The notes: generated from the letters alone by a model not told the origin. Counted from the stretch's first letter, positions 1 through 10,351 are shown. The stretch: DNA of 60,602 nucleotides from Clostridiaceae bacterium (GCA_012519085.1 JAAYQX010000028.1:1-60602); one strand, 5' to 3'. Numbers and translations: made by a program.

Positions 1-230
<230 letters not shown>

Positions 231-372
231 ATCTTATTATTTGAGAGCCAATTCGGCTCTTTTATTTTTTTCTGGTCTTGCCTGTTAAACTACAAAAGTT
301 TAACCAGGGCTCCTCTTTTCACTGTTCAATTTTCAAGGTCCGTTCGCTCTCCCATCGGAGAGGCGCTCGATT

Positions 373-401
373 AGAATACCATCAGTATTTACTTATGTCA
401 A
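373..401 (-). promoter_or_regulatory. candidate sigma-A promoter of the rRNA operon
   Basis: On the minus strand, TTGACA (401-396), a 17-nt spacer, then TATTCT (378-373), about 145 nt upstream of the 16S 5' end. The -10 matches only 4 of 6 positions. Confidence 0.3.
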
Positions 402-741
402 CTTTACCCCCGGCAAATATTGCACGATTACGATCTGTCCGTAATGTCGTATTCATCAGTCCTTTGCGTTAATATTATTAACAAACTGTCAGCATAAAAG
501 CGTTACTTTAAGTAAATTGTAAAGTACATCTCTATAACATAGCCCAAAATAAAGAATTAAAATTACAGAAAATAGTATTTGCGAATGACCTCAATAACCA
601 GTATGCCATCAACGACCTATTGATCCACCTTTTCTACTGTAAATCGGTTACGAGTCAAACAATTACTATGAACGAATTTTAATTGAAGTAAATATCTCAA
701 CTGTCTATTATATATTTATAGATATTAAGGAGGCAGCTGAC

Positions 742-2748
742 ATGACCCCGCGGAACTATATAAATTATCTGGCAGATATTTTAAAGGAATTACCTGAATA
801 TCCGGCTTTTGCTCCCAATATCAGACGGGCACCGCGCCGTGACTCCCATCTCAGCTATCAGGATAAGAAGCTGGCAGTTGAGAATGCCCTACGCTATATT
901 CCGCCTGAGCATCATCAGATAATGGCAGCAGAATTCACTGAAGAACTCAAGCAACATGGACGTATCTATGGCTATCGTTTTCGACCGCCAGGCAGAATCT
1001 GGGGGCGGCCGATTGACCAATACCGTGGCCGCTGCGTCGAGGGCAAAGCCTTTCAGGTCATGATTGATAATAACCTGGATTTTGAGGTTGCTCTCTACCC
1101 CTATGAACTGGTGACCTATGGCGAAACCGGCCAAGTCTGTCAAAATTGGATGCAATACCATATGATCAAATATTATCTGGAACTGTTGACGGATGAGCAA
1201 ACCTTGGTCATCATGTCCGGGCACCCGCTGGGACTGTTCAGCTCTCAAAGAACATCACCGCGCGTGATTATTACCAATGGTCTGATGGTCGGACATGCCG
1301 ACAATCCAGCCAGCTTTAATCGAGCCGCCGCCCTGGGTGTAGCCAATTATGGACAAATGACTGCAGGCGGCTGGATGTACATCGGACCTCAAGGTATTGT
1401 ACACGGTACTTTTAATACACTGCTGAATGCGGGGCGTATTGAGTTAGGGATTCCACAGGACCAAGACCTGGCCGGGAAGCTTTTTGTCTCCTCCGGACTC
1501 GGCGGTATGAGCGGTGCGCAGGGCAAGGCGGCGGAAATTGCTTCTGCCGTCAGCATTATTGCTGAAGTCGATGAATCCAGGATCCAGACTCGCTACGAGC
1601 AGGGCTGGGTCAGCCGGCGGACTGACTCACTGGAGGAAGCTGTCGCCTGGGCTCAAGATTTTCTGACACGCCGTGAGCCCTGCGCAATTGCTTATCATGG
1701 CAATATTGTCGATCTGTTGCAGTATCTGGTTGACCACAATATTCAGGTCGACCTGCTGTCAGATCAAACCTCCTGCCATGTTCCCTATGATGGCGGCTAC
1801 TGCCCTCAAGGCATCGATTTTGCCGAACGTACACGACTGCTGACCGCAGACCGCGACCTGTTTAGAAAACTGGTTGACAGTAGCCTTCGTCAGCATTTCA
1901 ACTTGATTTGCCGACTCCATGAGCGGGGAACTTATTTCTTTGACTACGGTAACAGTTTCCTAAAGGCAGTCTTTGATGCCGGTGTATCGGAAGTCAGCAA
2001 AAATGGTCGAGATACAGTTGACGGTTTTATCTTTCCGTCCTATGTCGAAGATATCATGGGACCACATCTGTTCGATTACGGCTATGGACCCTTCCGCTGG
2101 TGCTGCCTCTCGGGCAAGGACGAGGATCTGGCAGCTACAGACCGGGCTGCGATGGAATGCATTGATCCCCAACGCAGATATCAGGACCGCGATAATTACA
2201 ACTGGGTGCGCGATGCGGCCAAAAACAAGCTGGTAGTAGGCACCAAATGCAGAATCCTCTATCAGGATGCAGCCGGCAGACTGAAGATTGCTCTTAAGTT
2301 CAATGAAATGGTACGTCAGGGTGAGATCGGTCCTGTGATGTTAGGCCGGGATCATCATGACACCGGCGGCACCGACTCACCTTTCCGCGAAACTTCTAAT
2401 ATCAAGGACGGTTCAAATATCATGGCAGAAATGGCCACACAGTGCTTCGGCGGCAATTGTGCACGCGGCATGAGTTTGGTAGCTCTGCATAACGGTGGCG
2501 GCACCGGCATTGGCAATGCTATTAACGGCGGATTTGGCATGGTTCTCGACGGCAGCGAACGAGCAGATGAGATTTTGAAACTGTCAATGCCCTGGGATGT
2601 CATGGTCGGAGTCTCCAGGCGCGCCTGGGCCAGAAACCAGCATGCGATGCAAACAGCAAAAGAATACAATCAGCTCTGTGCTGGAACTGATCATATTACC
2701 TTGCCGTATCTGGTCAATCAGGAATTATTGAACGGGCTGTTCTCATAA
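742..2748 (+). CDS. hutU: urocanate hydratase (long form, 668 aa)
   Basis: Shine-Dalgarno (SD) AAGGAGG lies upstream of ATG 742. Urocanase hallmarks GQMTAGGWMYIGPQGIVHGT and the NAD-site GLGGMSGAQ are present. Confidence 0.9.
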   Translation: MTPRNYINYLADILKELPEYPAFAPNIRRAPRRDSHLSYQDKKLAVENALRYIPPEHHQIMAAEFTEELKQHGRIYGYRFRPPGRIWGRPIDQYRGRCVEGKAFQVMIDNNLDFEVALYPYELVTYGETGQVCQNWMQYHMIKYYLELLTDEQTLVIMSGHPLGLFSSQRTSPRVIITNGLMVGHADNPASFNRAAALGVANYGQMTAGGWMYIGPQGIVHGTFNTLLNAGRIELGIPQDQDLAGKLFVSSGLGGMSGAQGKAAEIASAVSIIAEVDESRIQTRYEQGWVSRRTDSLEEAVAWAQDFLTRREPCAIAYHGNIVDLLQYLVDHNIQVDLLSDQTSCHVPYDGGYCPQGIDFAERTRLLTADRDLFRKLVDSSLRQHFNLICRLHERGTYFFDYGNSFLKAVFDAGVSEVSKNGRDTVDGFIFPSYVEDIMGPHLFDYGYGPFRWCCLSGKDEDLAATDRAAMECIDPQRRYQDRDNYNWVRDAAKNKLVVGTKCRILYQDAAGRLKIALKFNEMVRQGEIGPVMLGRDHHDTGGTDSPFRETSNIKDGSNIMAEMATQCFGGNCARGMSLVALHNGGGTGIGNAINGGFGMVLDGSERADEILKLSMPWDVMVGVSRRAWARNQHAMQTAKEYNQLCAGTDHITLPYLVNQELLNGLFS

Positions 2749-2923
2749 CGAATATATACTAAACGTTGCAATCAATTTTGCAATCAATATCTATCCAAAC
2801 AGCAAGCTAGCCTAACAGACTAACCAGTCTAACAAACTAACCGGCTGCTCGTGGCTGGCTTTCTGTAGTCATGCCAATCACAGTAGCATAAATGAGATTT
2901 ATCTTTTGAAGGATATTTAAGAC

Positions 2924-3751
2924 TTAACTCTGATAATAACGACTGAGAGCTGCGCCGATCGCAGTTGCAAACTCTGCGTGCTGAGGAATGATCACATTCA
3001 CATTATAAAGCTCGGAGAAAGATTTCAGCACGGACAGACCGAAAGTAACTCGCATCAGATTGCCGGTAAAAACAATATTCTTAGTCTTCTCCAGCTTGGC
3101 AGCCAGGACGGCAGCCGTCCCTACCGACTGAAAGACCAGATTAACAATGCCGCGGGCCAGATCCTCGATCTTAGCTGTATCCTTGACTTTGCCGAAATTA
3201 GAAGCCGTCGTATCACCGGTCAGACCGGGAATATTAACATTAGAAATATCAGAAATCGTCAGGTCAACCAAGCCAAGATCACCGGACTCCGCCAGCTCAG
3301 TCACAGTATCTATATCACGGATATTGAGAACCGTATTAGAGAGTCCCTGTAAAGTACCGCCACCGATACCGGAGCCAATCACATGTCGAACCGACTTGCC
3401 GTTGGCGTAAACAAGAGACGTGCCGGTACCCATGCTTACTACCACAGCCTCCTCAACCTTGGCCGCATAAAGCCCACCCAGACCGACAGACAGGAACTCA
3501 TCCGCTTTGGTTGTCGGCAGCTCCAAAAGTCTGCCCTCAATAAATGATGCTCCGACACCGGTAATTCTGATATCGGAGATATCCCGCAGTGTCAGAGCAT
3601 TATGCCTAAGAAAATAACCAAAGCCTCCATAGGCGGATGCAACAGGATCACTGGCTTTGACCAAGCATTCCTTCAAGAGCTTGTCATCCGCAAAACCAAC
3701 TATCTTGGTGGTACTGCCACCGATATCAAGACCAACAGTAACCTGGCTCAT
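2924..3751 (-). CDS. ASKHA-fold kinase, type II pantothenate kinase (CoaW)-like
   Basis: 275 aa with GLDIGGSTTKIVG (phosphate-1), SMGTGTSLV (phosphate-2) and GSGIGGGTLQGL (adenosine motif), as in type II PanK. A BadF/BcrA-type ATPase is not excluded. Confidence 0.55.
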   Translation of the reverse strand: MSQVTVGLDIGGSTTKIVGFADDKLLKECLVKASDPVASAYGGFGYFLRHNALTLRDISDIRITGVGASFIEGRLLELPTTKADEFLSVGLGGLYAAKVEEAVVVSMGTGTSLVYANGKSVRHVIGSGIGGGTLQGLSNTVLNIRDIDTVTELAESGDLGLVDLTISDISNVNIPGLTGDTTASNFGKVKDTAKIEDLARGIVNLVFQSVGTAAVLAAKLEKTKNIVFTGNLMRVTFGLSVLKSFSELYNVNVIIPQHAEFATAIGAALSRYYQS

Positions 3752-3859
3752 AATTGTGCGGACGGCTCAAGGCACCCGTCCTTTGCCTCCATTCAGCTGT
3801 ATCAGGCACCAACAGCATCTTCCCTGCCTGACTATAGCGACAGATTACAATATAAGTGC

Positions 3860-4342
3860 CTATCTGGCAAACATCCTCGCATTGCGCATATAGTCGTCAT
3901 TGGAAGAATAAGAATAATCATCATAGCCATGGCCACGGCTAATCCGCGTGGTGCGCGGCGTAAAGACAAAGATAAGCTGTGACACCGGTTGGATTTCGCC
4001 TTCTAGCGCATAAGCCGCACCGGTGACGAAATCAACCAGACGCTGCCTGTGCTCCGGTGAAATGCTCTCAATATTGCATATGACCGTCTTTCCCTCGCGA
4101 ACATAATCACAGATCTGCCACATAGATTCCATGCTCTGAGGCTCCACGATCTCGACCAGATGCTGATAGCTAGGCGGCATATTCTGATTCAAATTTACCA
4201 CCCGCGAAGACCTGGGTGCTGATCCCGTACGCGACGGCTGTCTCATTACCTCCGGCTCGTGATCATAATAATCACCCTCGTACTCATCATATATATTACT
4301 GTCATCAACATCACGCCCAAAGAGCTTATCCAGAAACGACAT
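3860..4342 (-). CDS. sepF: cell division protein SepF
   Basis: 160 aa with an MSFLDKLFG N-terminal helix, a disordered linker and a C-terminal SepF/DUF552 core (GKTVICNIESI...RLVDFVTGAAYALEGEI...FVFTP). SD GAAAGGAGG. Located next to ylmE, as in Firmicutes dcw clusters. Confidence 0.85.
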   Translation of the reverse strand: MSFLDKLFGRDVDDSNIYDEYEGDYYDHEPEVMRQPSRTGSAPRSSRVVNLNQNMPPSYQHLVEIVEPQSMESMWQICDYVREGKTVICNIESISPEHRQRLVDFVTGAAYALEGEIQPVSQLIFVFTPRTTRISRGHGYDDYSYSSNDDYMRNARMFAR

Positions 4343-4423
4343 GAAACGCCTCCTTTCAATTGCGGAGAAAGCGCCCGTGCAGCGCTTTTCTGTCTGATCA
4401 AAATTAGTTATATCTTGTTATAA

Positions 4424-4452
4424 ATTATAGATATAGGGGGTAGCCTTTTCAA
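4424..4452 (-). promoter_or_regulatory. candidate sigma-A promoter for sepF
   Basis: On the minus strand, TTGAAA (4452-4447), exactly 17 nt, then TATAAT (4429-4424), about 80 nt upstream of the sepF ATG. Confidence 0.45.
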
Positions 4453-4688
4453 TGAAATAGCGTTACCGGCACTCTAATTGTTAGTTTTATGCAATCAAAG
4501 CGTGACAGTGTCCGCACACTAGTAATTTAATCGTAATATTTTGCCTGTCAAAATCAACCCCGGCAGTAACTCTCTAGACTTTGGACGAAGGCGACCGCGT
4601 CCACTTCCATCACTCAAACTCGGGACCGGCGTGACCGCCACGACGGCACTGAATAGGCACTGACACGAGACTAATTAATACCTATCCT

Positions 4689-5411
4689 CTAATTTGAATA
4701 ATCTCTAGCGCCGAAAATAGCGGTACCGACTCTAATCATGGTTGACCCGCAGGCAATCGCCTGTCTGAAATCATGAGTCATGCCCATGGAAATCTGATCC
4801 ATATCTTCCAAGTCATACTTTTCACGATACCGAGAAAACAATTCATTGGCTGTGCGGAAAACGGGCAGAGTATCGTCCGGATTGTCATAGTGGGGAGCCA
4901 TCGTCATCAAGCCACGAATTCTAACCCCCGGATGCTCCTGCAACGTCTGTCGAAAAGCTTCATCCAGCTCTGAAGGATCAAAACCGAATTTAGTATCTTC
5001 GCCGGAAATATTTACTTGCAGCAGAACATCCGTGATACACTGATTGGCTGTGCTAAGACGATCAATCTGGGCAATCAGGCGCAGTGTATTGACTGAATGA
5101 ATCATAGCCACTCGCCCGATTACAAATTTGACTTTATTTCTTTGTAAAGTTCCAATCAGATGCCAATTTAATTCCTGATGCCCGGCTAGAGCATCGATCT
5201 TAGGCACGAGCTCCTGAACCCGATTCTCACCAAAATCCAGCTGTCCCGCCGAGATAGCGCCTTCGACATCAGAAACAGGGAAATTTTTGCTGACCGCAAT
5301 TAATTTAACCGTTTCCGGATCACGTCCAGCTGCTTTGCAGGCTAATTCAATTTTCGACTTGACCTGGGCCAGATTGCCGGCGATCTCTAATCTTCTATTG
5401 TCGTTTACCAC
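4689..5411 (-). CDS. ylmE: YggS/YlmE family pyridoxal-phosphate homeostasis protein
   Basis: 240 aa with AVSKNFP (PLP lysine) and LIGTLQRNKVK, typical of the YggS family. GTG start at 5411. Confidence 0.85.
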   Translation of the reverse strand: MVNDNRRLEIAGNLAQVKSKIELACKAAGRDPETVKLIAVSKNFPVSDVEGAISAGQLDFGENRVQELVPKIDALAGHQELNWHLIGTLQRNKVKFVIGRVAMIHSVNTLRLIAQIDRLSTANQCITDVLLQVNISGEDTKFGFDPSELDEAFRQTLQEHPGVRIRGLMTMAPHYDNPDDTLPVFRTANELFSRYREKYDLEDMDQISMGMTHDFRQAIACGSTMIRVGTAIFGARDYSN

Positions 5412-5589
5412 TTACTCCACCTGATTCTTTACAAATTTTGAGGGAGGCTAACCTCCCTTGCGTTCCGGACAAAGAGCTATATTCCGGAAGTTAGTCTAAG
5501 AATTCGCTTTATTCAGAAAACTTCCCGGATATATCTCTAATTGATCTATTGTAGCAGATTTTCCCCCCTTTGCGAATCAAACAGCAGAA

Positions 5590-6909
5590 TCAGTCAATAA
5601 CAAGACCTGCTTCAAACTGAGCGGGATTGCGCACATAGATATCAGCCACCTTGGGGGCCAGGGGATCACCGTCACGACCGCGTACCAGAACATAAAAGCC
5701 GTCAGTCGCCTCAACAAGTACCGGAACAACCACCGTCTTACCCCCCTCAATCTTCATAATACGCGCAGCTCTCTGATCGGGAGCATAATCCAGCAGACTG
5801 GCTATCGGCATGATCAGACCTGTTTTCTGAGAAAGCGTAATCTGGAAATTATCACATGACAAGTCGGCCAGACGGTCAATACCTTGTCTAGTGCGGAGGA
5901 CAAGCAGCAGACCATCTGCCAGTTCTTCCTGCCGCAGAACCTGACAGTCCGTCAGTGATACATCCGTGGTCAAAGAACTGACCGTGTAGCGCTGCTGCGG
6001 TTGCAAAGGCTCACCCGCAAGTTCCGGCAGGAAAAATGCCAGATACTGCTCTTGACCCGTAATCAGAGTCAGAGCATGCTCACCCTGTTCAATCGGCGCC
6101 GGATAGGCAAAAGGAGCTGACATATTTTCAGACTCGGCCAACTCATGCAGCAAACGCTCTTTGTTCAATGTAATTAGATCAGACTGCTGCAAGTTAGTAG
6201 ACCAGTTGCGATACGAGAGCCAGCCGCTGCTGTAGCTTGTAATAACATTGCCCTGTTCTCCGCGCTTTAGAGAAGTAATAAGAGCCTTATATTGTCTTTG
6301 CAGGTTTTGCAGTTCATCATCGTCGAATTCAAGCCAGCGCAGTTGATCACTGTTAAGATTGAAAGTTTGTTCAACCTCTACTCTGACTCGATCGAGATTT
6401 TGCACATCACCATTGCCGGCGGCCAGCCGAGCCGAAGTCAAAGTCTTTGCAATCTCGGCACTGCCCAGTTCCCTAGCCTTCTGAACCTGCGGCTGGGTAA
6501 AGTCAGTCCGTATCAGTTCCGTCTGGCGGTGATAAATCTGTCTCTGTAAATTATGAAGCTCATCTGCGCTGCTTTCATGTCCCGGTAAAATGACTGTAGC
6601 TACCTGATCTAGCTTGCTGATTCTACTCCCTGAACTATAAAGAGGAAACAGTGACCCGCTGCCGGGAGCTTGGAGCTGCATCTCGTCTCTGACAATCAAC
6701 CCTCTGGCCGTCAAGGTCTTCTTAATCGAATCCTGATTGAAAAAGGCCAGTCGGATCTGGGCATCTCTCCCACCGAGAACCAGAAGCAATCCCCCAATCA
6801 AGAGCGCAACCAACACCACCGACAAAATAGAAAGTACCGCCGTCCGCAGTCTCCTGCCACGATCCCTCTTGCGTCTTAAACCGGATAAATCGTCTTTGTC
6901 GTATGGCAT
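5590..6909 (-). CDS. membrane-anchored coiled-coil protein, HlyD/membrane-fusion-like, function unknown
   Basis: 439 aa with a basic N-terminus, one TM helix (AVLSILSVVLVALLIGGLLLVL), a long Q/L/E-rich probable coiled coil and a C-terminal beta-rich part. Tightly packed between ynbB and ylmE. The family call is from memory of Clostridial neighbours only. Confidence 0.45.
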   Translation of the reverse strand: MPYDKDDLSGLRRKRDRGRRLRTAVLSILSVVLVALLIGGLLLVLGGRDAQIRLAFFNQDSIKKTLTARGLIVRDEMQLQAPGSGSLFPLYSSGSRISKLDQVATVILPGHESSADELHNLQRQIYHRQTELIRTDFTQPQVQKARELGSAEIAKTLTSARLAAGNGDVQNLDRVRVEVEQTFNLNSDQLRWLEFDDDELQNLQRQYKALITSLKRGEQGNVITSYSSGWLSYRNWSTNLQQSDLITLNKERLLHELAESENMSAPFAYPAPIEQGEHALTLITGQEQYLAFFLPELAGEPLQPQQRYTVSSLTTDVSLTDCQVLRQEELADGLLLVLRTRQGIDRLADLSCDNFQITLSQKTGLIMPIASLLDYAPDQRAARIMKIEGGKTVVVPVLVEATDGFYVLVRGRDGDPLAPKVADIYVRNPAQFEAGLVID

Positions 6910-6910
6910 T

Positions 6911-8185
6911 TTACTCTCCGACTTTACTTACCGCGTCCAGAGCCATCAGAGCGCCGAGCCTGGCACTGGCAAAATTCAATGCCCCTTGCAAGAAGGCAGC
7001 ATAGGGCTGTCGCAAAGGTCCGTCCGCAGAAAGCTCAATTGAAGAACCCTGGATAAAGGAACCGGACGCCATAATAATATCACAATCATATCCGGGCATC
7101 GGCGCCGGTATCGGAGTAACGAAACTATCGACCGGTGCCGCTCTCTGGATGGCTTCGCAGAAAGCGATCAGTCCGGCCTCAGATCCCAGCTTAACCACCT
7201 GTACAATATCGCCTCGGGTCGCATCAGGTACAGGACTAACCTCATAGCCAGCAAGCTCAAACAGTCTGGCGGCATGGATCGCACCTTTCAGGGCTTCCCC
7301 TACAACTAAGGGAGCAAAGTAAAGACCCTGCAGCAAAATACGACTGAAGCCAAGCTGCGGCCCGATATGTCGCCCGACACCGGGTGCAGTCATGGCTGCG
7401 GAAAGCCGCTCCAGCAGATCCGGCCGCCCGGCTATATAACCACCGGTAGGTGCGATACCCGCCCCCGGATTTTTAATCAGTGAACCGGCAATCAGATCGG
7501 CACCATACCAGGTCGGCTCATGCTCTTCCGTAAACTCACCATAACAATTGTCGACCATAGTCCAGACGCCGGGTCGCTCCTGACTGACCTCAGTGCAGAT
7601 GCGGCCAATTTCCCGGCTCAGGAAGGTCTCACGCAGATCATAGCCGCGTGATTTTTGGAAATATACCAGACGTGTCCGGCCAGAAAGCCCGGTCAGTAAA
7701 GCTTCTTGATTGATAGTCCCATCCTCTCTCAGATCAAGCTCCACTACTTTCACCTGACGCTGGCGCAGATAAGACAGAGTATCTAACAGTGTGTCATAAG
7801 GACGCCCTGTGGCAAAGATAACTTCGTCTCCCGGAGCCAATAAACCCAAGAGACAGGTGGCTAATACATGCGTGCCGGAGGAAAACTGCAGTCGTACAAT
7901 TGCTTCCTCAGCTTCCAAAGCAGCGGCAAAACTCCTCTCCAGCTGCTCACGTCCGGCATCGCTATAACCGTAGCCGGTATTATTGCCGAAGGCGCTTTCT
8001 GCCAGGCCTGTATCCTGCAGACCTTTAATCAATCTCAGCTGCCGGTGCTGAGACAGCTCATCGATACTGCGGAATTCCCCTTCAATATCTCCCAGAGCAT
8101 GGCGTGACAGAGCCAGTGTCTGCTCTGAAATGCCGTACAGTTGCCTATATAATCGATCCGTCTTATATAAATTGAAATCCGGCAC
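6911..8185 (-). CDS. ynbB: PLP-dependent methionine gamma-lyase family protein (aluminium-resistance/YnbB family)
   Basis: 424 aa. Overall pattern of the YnbB family of Cys/Met-metabolism PLP enzymes. GTG start preceded by AGGAG. The stop abuts the next gene. Confidence 0.65.
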   Translation of the reverse strand: MPDFNLYKTDRLYRQLYGISEQTLALSRHALGDIEGEFRSIDELSQHRQLRLIKGLQDTGLAESAFGNNTGYGYSDAGREQLERSFAAALEAEEAIVRLQFSSGTHVLATCLLGLLAPGDEVIFATGRPYDTLLDTLSYLRQRQVKVVELDLREDGTINQEALLTGLSGRTRLVYFQKSRGYDLRETFLSREIGRICTEVSQERPGVWTMVDNCYGEFTEEHEPTWYGADLIAGSLIKNPGAGIAPTGGYIAGRPDLLERLSAAMTAPGVGRHIGPQLGFSRILLQGLYFAPLVVGEALKGAIHAARLFELAGYEVSPVPDATRGDIVQVVKLGSEAGLIAFCEAIQRAAPVDSFVTPIPAPMPGYDCDIIMASGSFIQGSSIELSADGPLRQPYAAFLQGALNFASARLGALMALDAVSKVGE

Positions 8186-8218
8186 AGCCTACTCCTGTGA
8201 ATTATAATCTAGGCTCTA

Positions 8219-8857
8219 TCATAACGAATTTGGCAATGATATGAAATCACTGCGTAGTGGCTCAATCAATGCCGCTCCGGCTGTAACATCCTGAATCAGC
8301 TCAATCAATTCATCACTGCGCTCAGCTGAAGCTCCCGCTTCCCATTCCACATCAAGCAGAAATTCCGGTTCAGACTGCCAGAAACCGGACTCCGTCAGTT
8401 GGTATCTGAGCTTATCGGCAAAAGCATAGGGAGTTATCAGTCTGTAGATCTGCAGCTTTTGCCTAAAAATAGGAATAGCCGCCTCAACCGCCTGAGCAGC
8501 GGCAGCACTGTACGCCCTGACCAAACCACCCGTTCCCAGCAAAATGCCACCGAAATAGCGAACTACAACCACAGCTGCATCTTCCAGCTCTTGGTGCAAA
8601 AGGACATCCAGGACAGGAAGTCCGCCTGTGCCGCGCGGTTCACCATCATCAGAGTATTTCTGCAAAACCTCGGCGCCACCGGTTATCCAAGCATAAACAT
8701 GATGCCTGGCATCAGGAAATTCAGCTCGTACGGCTGTGACGAAATCTTCTGCTTCCGCACCTGTCTCTACTGGCTTCGCTATACCGATGAACTCGGATTT
8801 GCGGTCCGTATAGCTGGATCTGCCCTCCTGTTTCAAACTGCGGTAACTATCTCTCAT
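8219..8857 (-). CDS. yigZ: YigZ/IMPACT family protein
   Basis: 212 aa with UPF0029 motifs KSEFIG, DDGEPRGTGGLP and VVVVRYFGGILLGTGGLVRAY. Confidence 0.8.
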   Translation of the reverse strand: MRDSYRSLKQEGRSSYTDRKSEFIGIAKPVETGAEAEDFVTAVRAEFPDARHHVYAWITGGAEVLQKYSDDGEPRGTGGLPVLDVLLHQELEDAAVVVVRYFGGILLGTGGLVRAYSAAAAQAVEAAIPIFRQKLQIYRLITPYAFADKLRYQLTESGFWQSEPEFLLDVEWEAGASAERSDELIELIQDVTAGAALIEPLRSDFISLPNSL

Positions 8858-8881
8858 GGAACTATTCTACCCTGAAATCAT

Positions 8882-10039
8882 TCACTGCCGGCAAAGACGC
8901 AAGAAAATTTCCAGACCGATTTCCAGTGAGCGCTCATCCAGGTCAAAGCGGGGATGATGAAGCGGGTAAATTATGCCCTGCTCCTCATTGGCAGCACCAA
9001 CAAGGAAAAAACAGCCTTGATTGCGTTGCAGAAAGTAGGAGAAATCCTCACTGATCATCTGCGGCGGCATAGTTACAGCTTTGGCGGCATCAATCTGCCC
9101 TACTGCTTCTACAACACGTTCAACTTCCCGGGGATAATTGATTACCGCCGGAAAGCCCATTTCATATGCACAATTATAGCCGGCACCGAAGATTCGGCAG
9201 GCACCTGCCACTGTCTGCTCAATTCTCTCTCTGATTAGTTCTCTTGTTTCCTGATCGAAGTGGCGGGTAATACCTTCCAGAACTGCTGTCTCGGCAATAA
9301 TATTAAAATTGCTGCCGGAATTGAATTTGCCGATGCTGAGCACAGCCGGTTCCAGCGGATCTGTAAAACGGCTAAGAACACATTGCAGCGCCTGAACAAC
9401 ATGGGCTCCCAACACTACAGCATCGACAGCCTTATGGGGCGCTGCCCCATGGCCGCCCCTGCCAATCAGCTCAATTTTAAATGCATCCGAGGCAGCCATA
9501 CATTTGTCAGGACAAATACCAACTTCACCATAGGGAATGAAAGTCCACAAATGCAGACCGTAGACAGCATCAACTTCATCCAGAACACCACTTTCAGCAA
9601 TGCCTTTGGCCCCGCCCGGCGGCCTTTCTTCATGCTGCTGGAAAATAAAATACACATCACCTTGAGCCAGTTCCGGATGAGCTGATAAGACCTCAGCCAA
9701 AGACAGTAAAATTGCCGTATGTCCGTCGTGACCGCAGGCATGCATGACCCCGGGATTGCCGGAGGCATAGGGCACATCTTTCATATCCGTCAGTGGCAGT
9801 GCATCCATATCGGCTCTAAAAGCCAGCACCCTGCCGCCTGCCGGTCCGGTAAGTTTTGCCACCAAACCCTGTTTATCAGCCTGAAAAACTAGTGGCAGAC
9901 CGCATTTTTCCATCCTGGCTTTAATCAGGGCCAAGGTATTATGCTCTTCGCCGGATAATTCGGGGTGCCGATGCAAATAACGTCTGGTTGCTCGCAGATT
10001 ATCTTTTTGTTCTGCAACTAATTGTTTGATTACAGGCAT
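8882..10039 (-). CDS. M20D-family amidohydrolase (N-acyl-amino-acid/hippurate hydrolase type)
   Basis: Contains HRHPELSGEE and HACGHDGH metal-ligand motifs. ATG at 10039 (SD GAGAGGA) is preferred over the TTG at 10054 used by the ORF track. Confidence 0.8.
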   Translation of the reverse strand: MPVIKQLVAEQKDNLRATRRYLHRHPELSGEEHNTLALIKARMEKCGLPLVFQADKQGLVAKLTGPAGGRVLAFRADMDALPLTDMKDVPYASGNPGVMHACGHDGHTAILLSLAEVLSAHPELAQGDVYFIFQQHEERPPGGAKGIAESGVLDEVDAVYGLHLWTFIPYGEVGICPDKCMAASDAFKIELIGRGGHGAAPHKAVDAVVLGAHVVQALQCVLSRFTDPLEPAVLSIGKFNSGSNFNIIAETAVLEGITRHFDQETRELIRERIEQTVAGACRIFGAGYNCAYEMGFPAVINYPREVERVVEAVGQIDAAKAVTMPPQMISEDFSYFLQRNQGCFFLVGAANEEQGIIYPLHHPRFDLDERSLEIGLEIFLRLCRQ

Positions 10040-10224
10040 ATTATGTCCTCTCAAAGTTAATATGTGATGAGCTTTAACTCAGTGTATGGCGAACTTACTC
10101 TACGAGCAGTCACAACAAAACTAAGTTGTAGTTTCATCCTATTCTACAGTTTTATCTAACTAATGTGTGTATTAAGCCGACAAAAACTGATCCGGACCAT
10201 TAAATAGGACTTTTAGTCGGTTAA

Positions 10225-10253
10225 TTGACATTTGGGGTGGCTTTTGACATAAT
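10225..10253 (+). promoter_or_regulatory. candidate sigma-A promoter for tRNA-Leu
   Basis: TTGACA (10225-10230), 17 nt, then CATAAT (10248-10253), about 15 nt before the tRNA 5' end. Confidence 0.45.
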
Positions 10254-10268
10254 ACATTAGTCACATAA

Positions 10269-10351
10269 GCGGTCGTGGCGGAACTGGCAGACGCGCACGC
10301 TTGAGGGGCGTGTGGGAGACCGTGTGGGTTCGATTCCCACCGACCGCACCA
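10269..10351 (+). tRNA. tRNA-Leu (anticodon GAG), CCA encoded
   Basis: Acceptor stem GCGGTCG/CGACCGC. Anticodon stem CACGC/GCGTG with loop TTGAGGG (anticodon GAG). Long variable arm, T-arm GTGGGTTCGATTCCCAC and terminal ACCA. Confidence 0.9.

Noticed and set aside
278-472. 64-aa plus-strand ORF upstream of hutU
   Set aside because: It lies in the 16S rRNA leader/promoter region on the opposite strand. It has no SD and a non-protein-like sequence.
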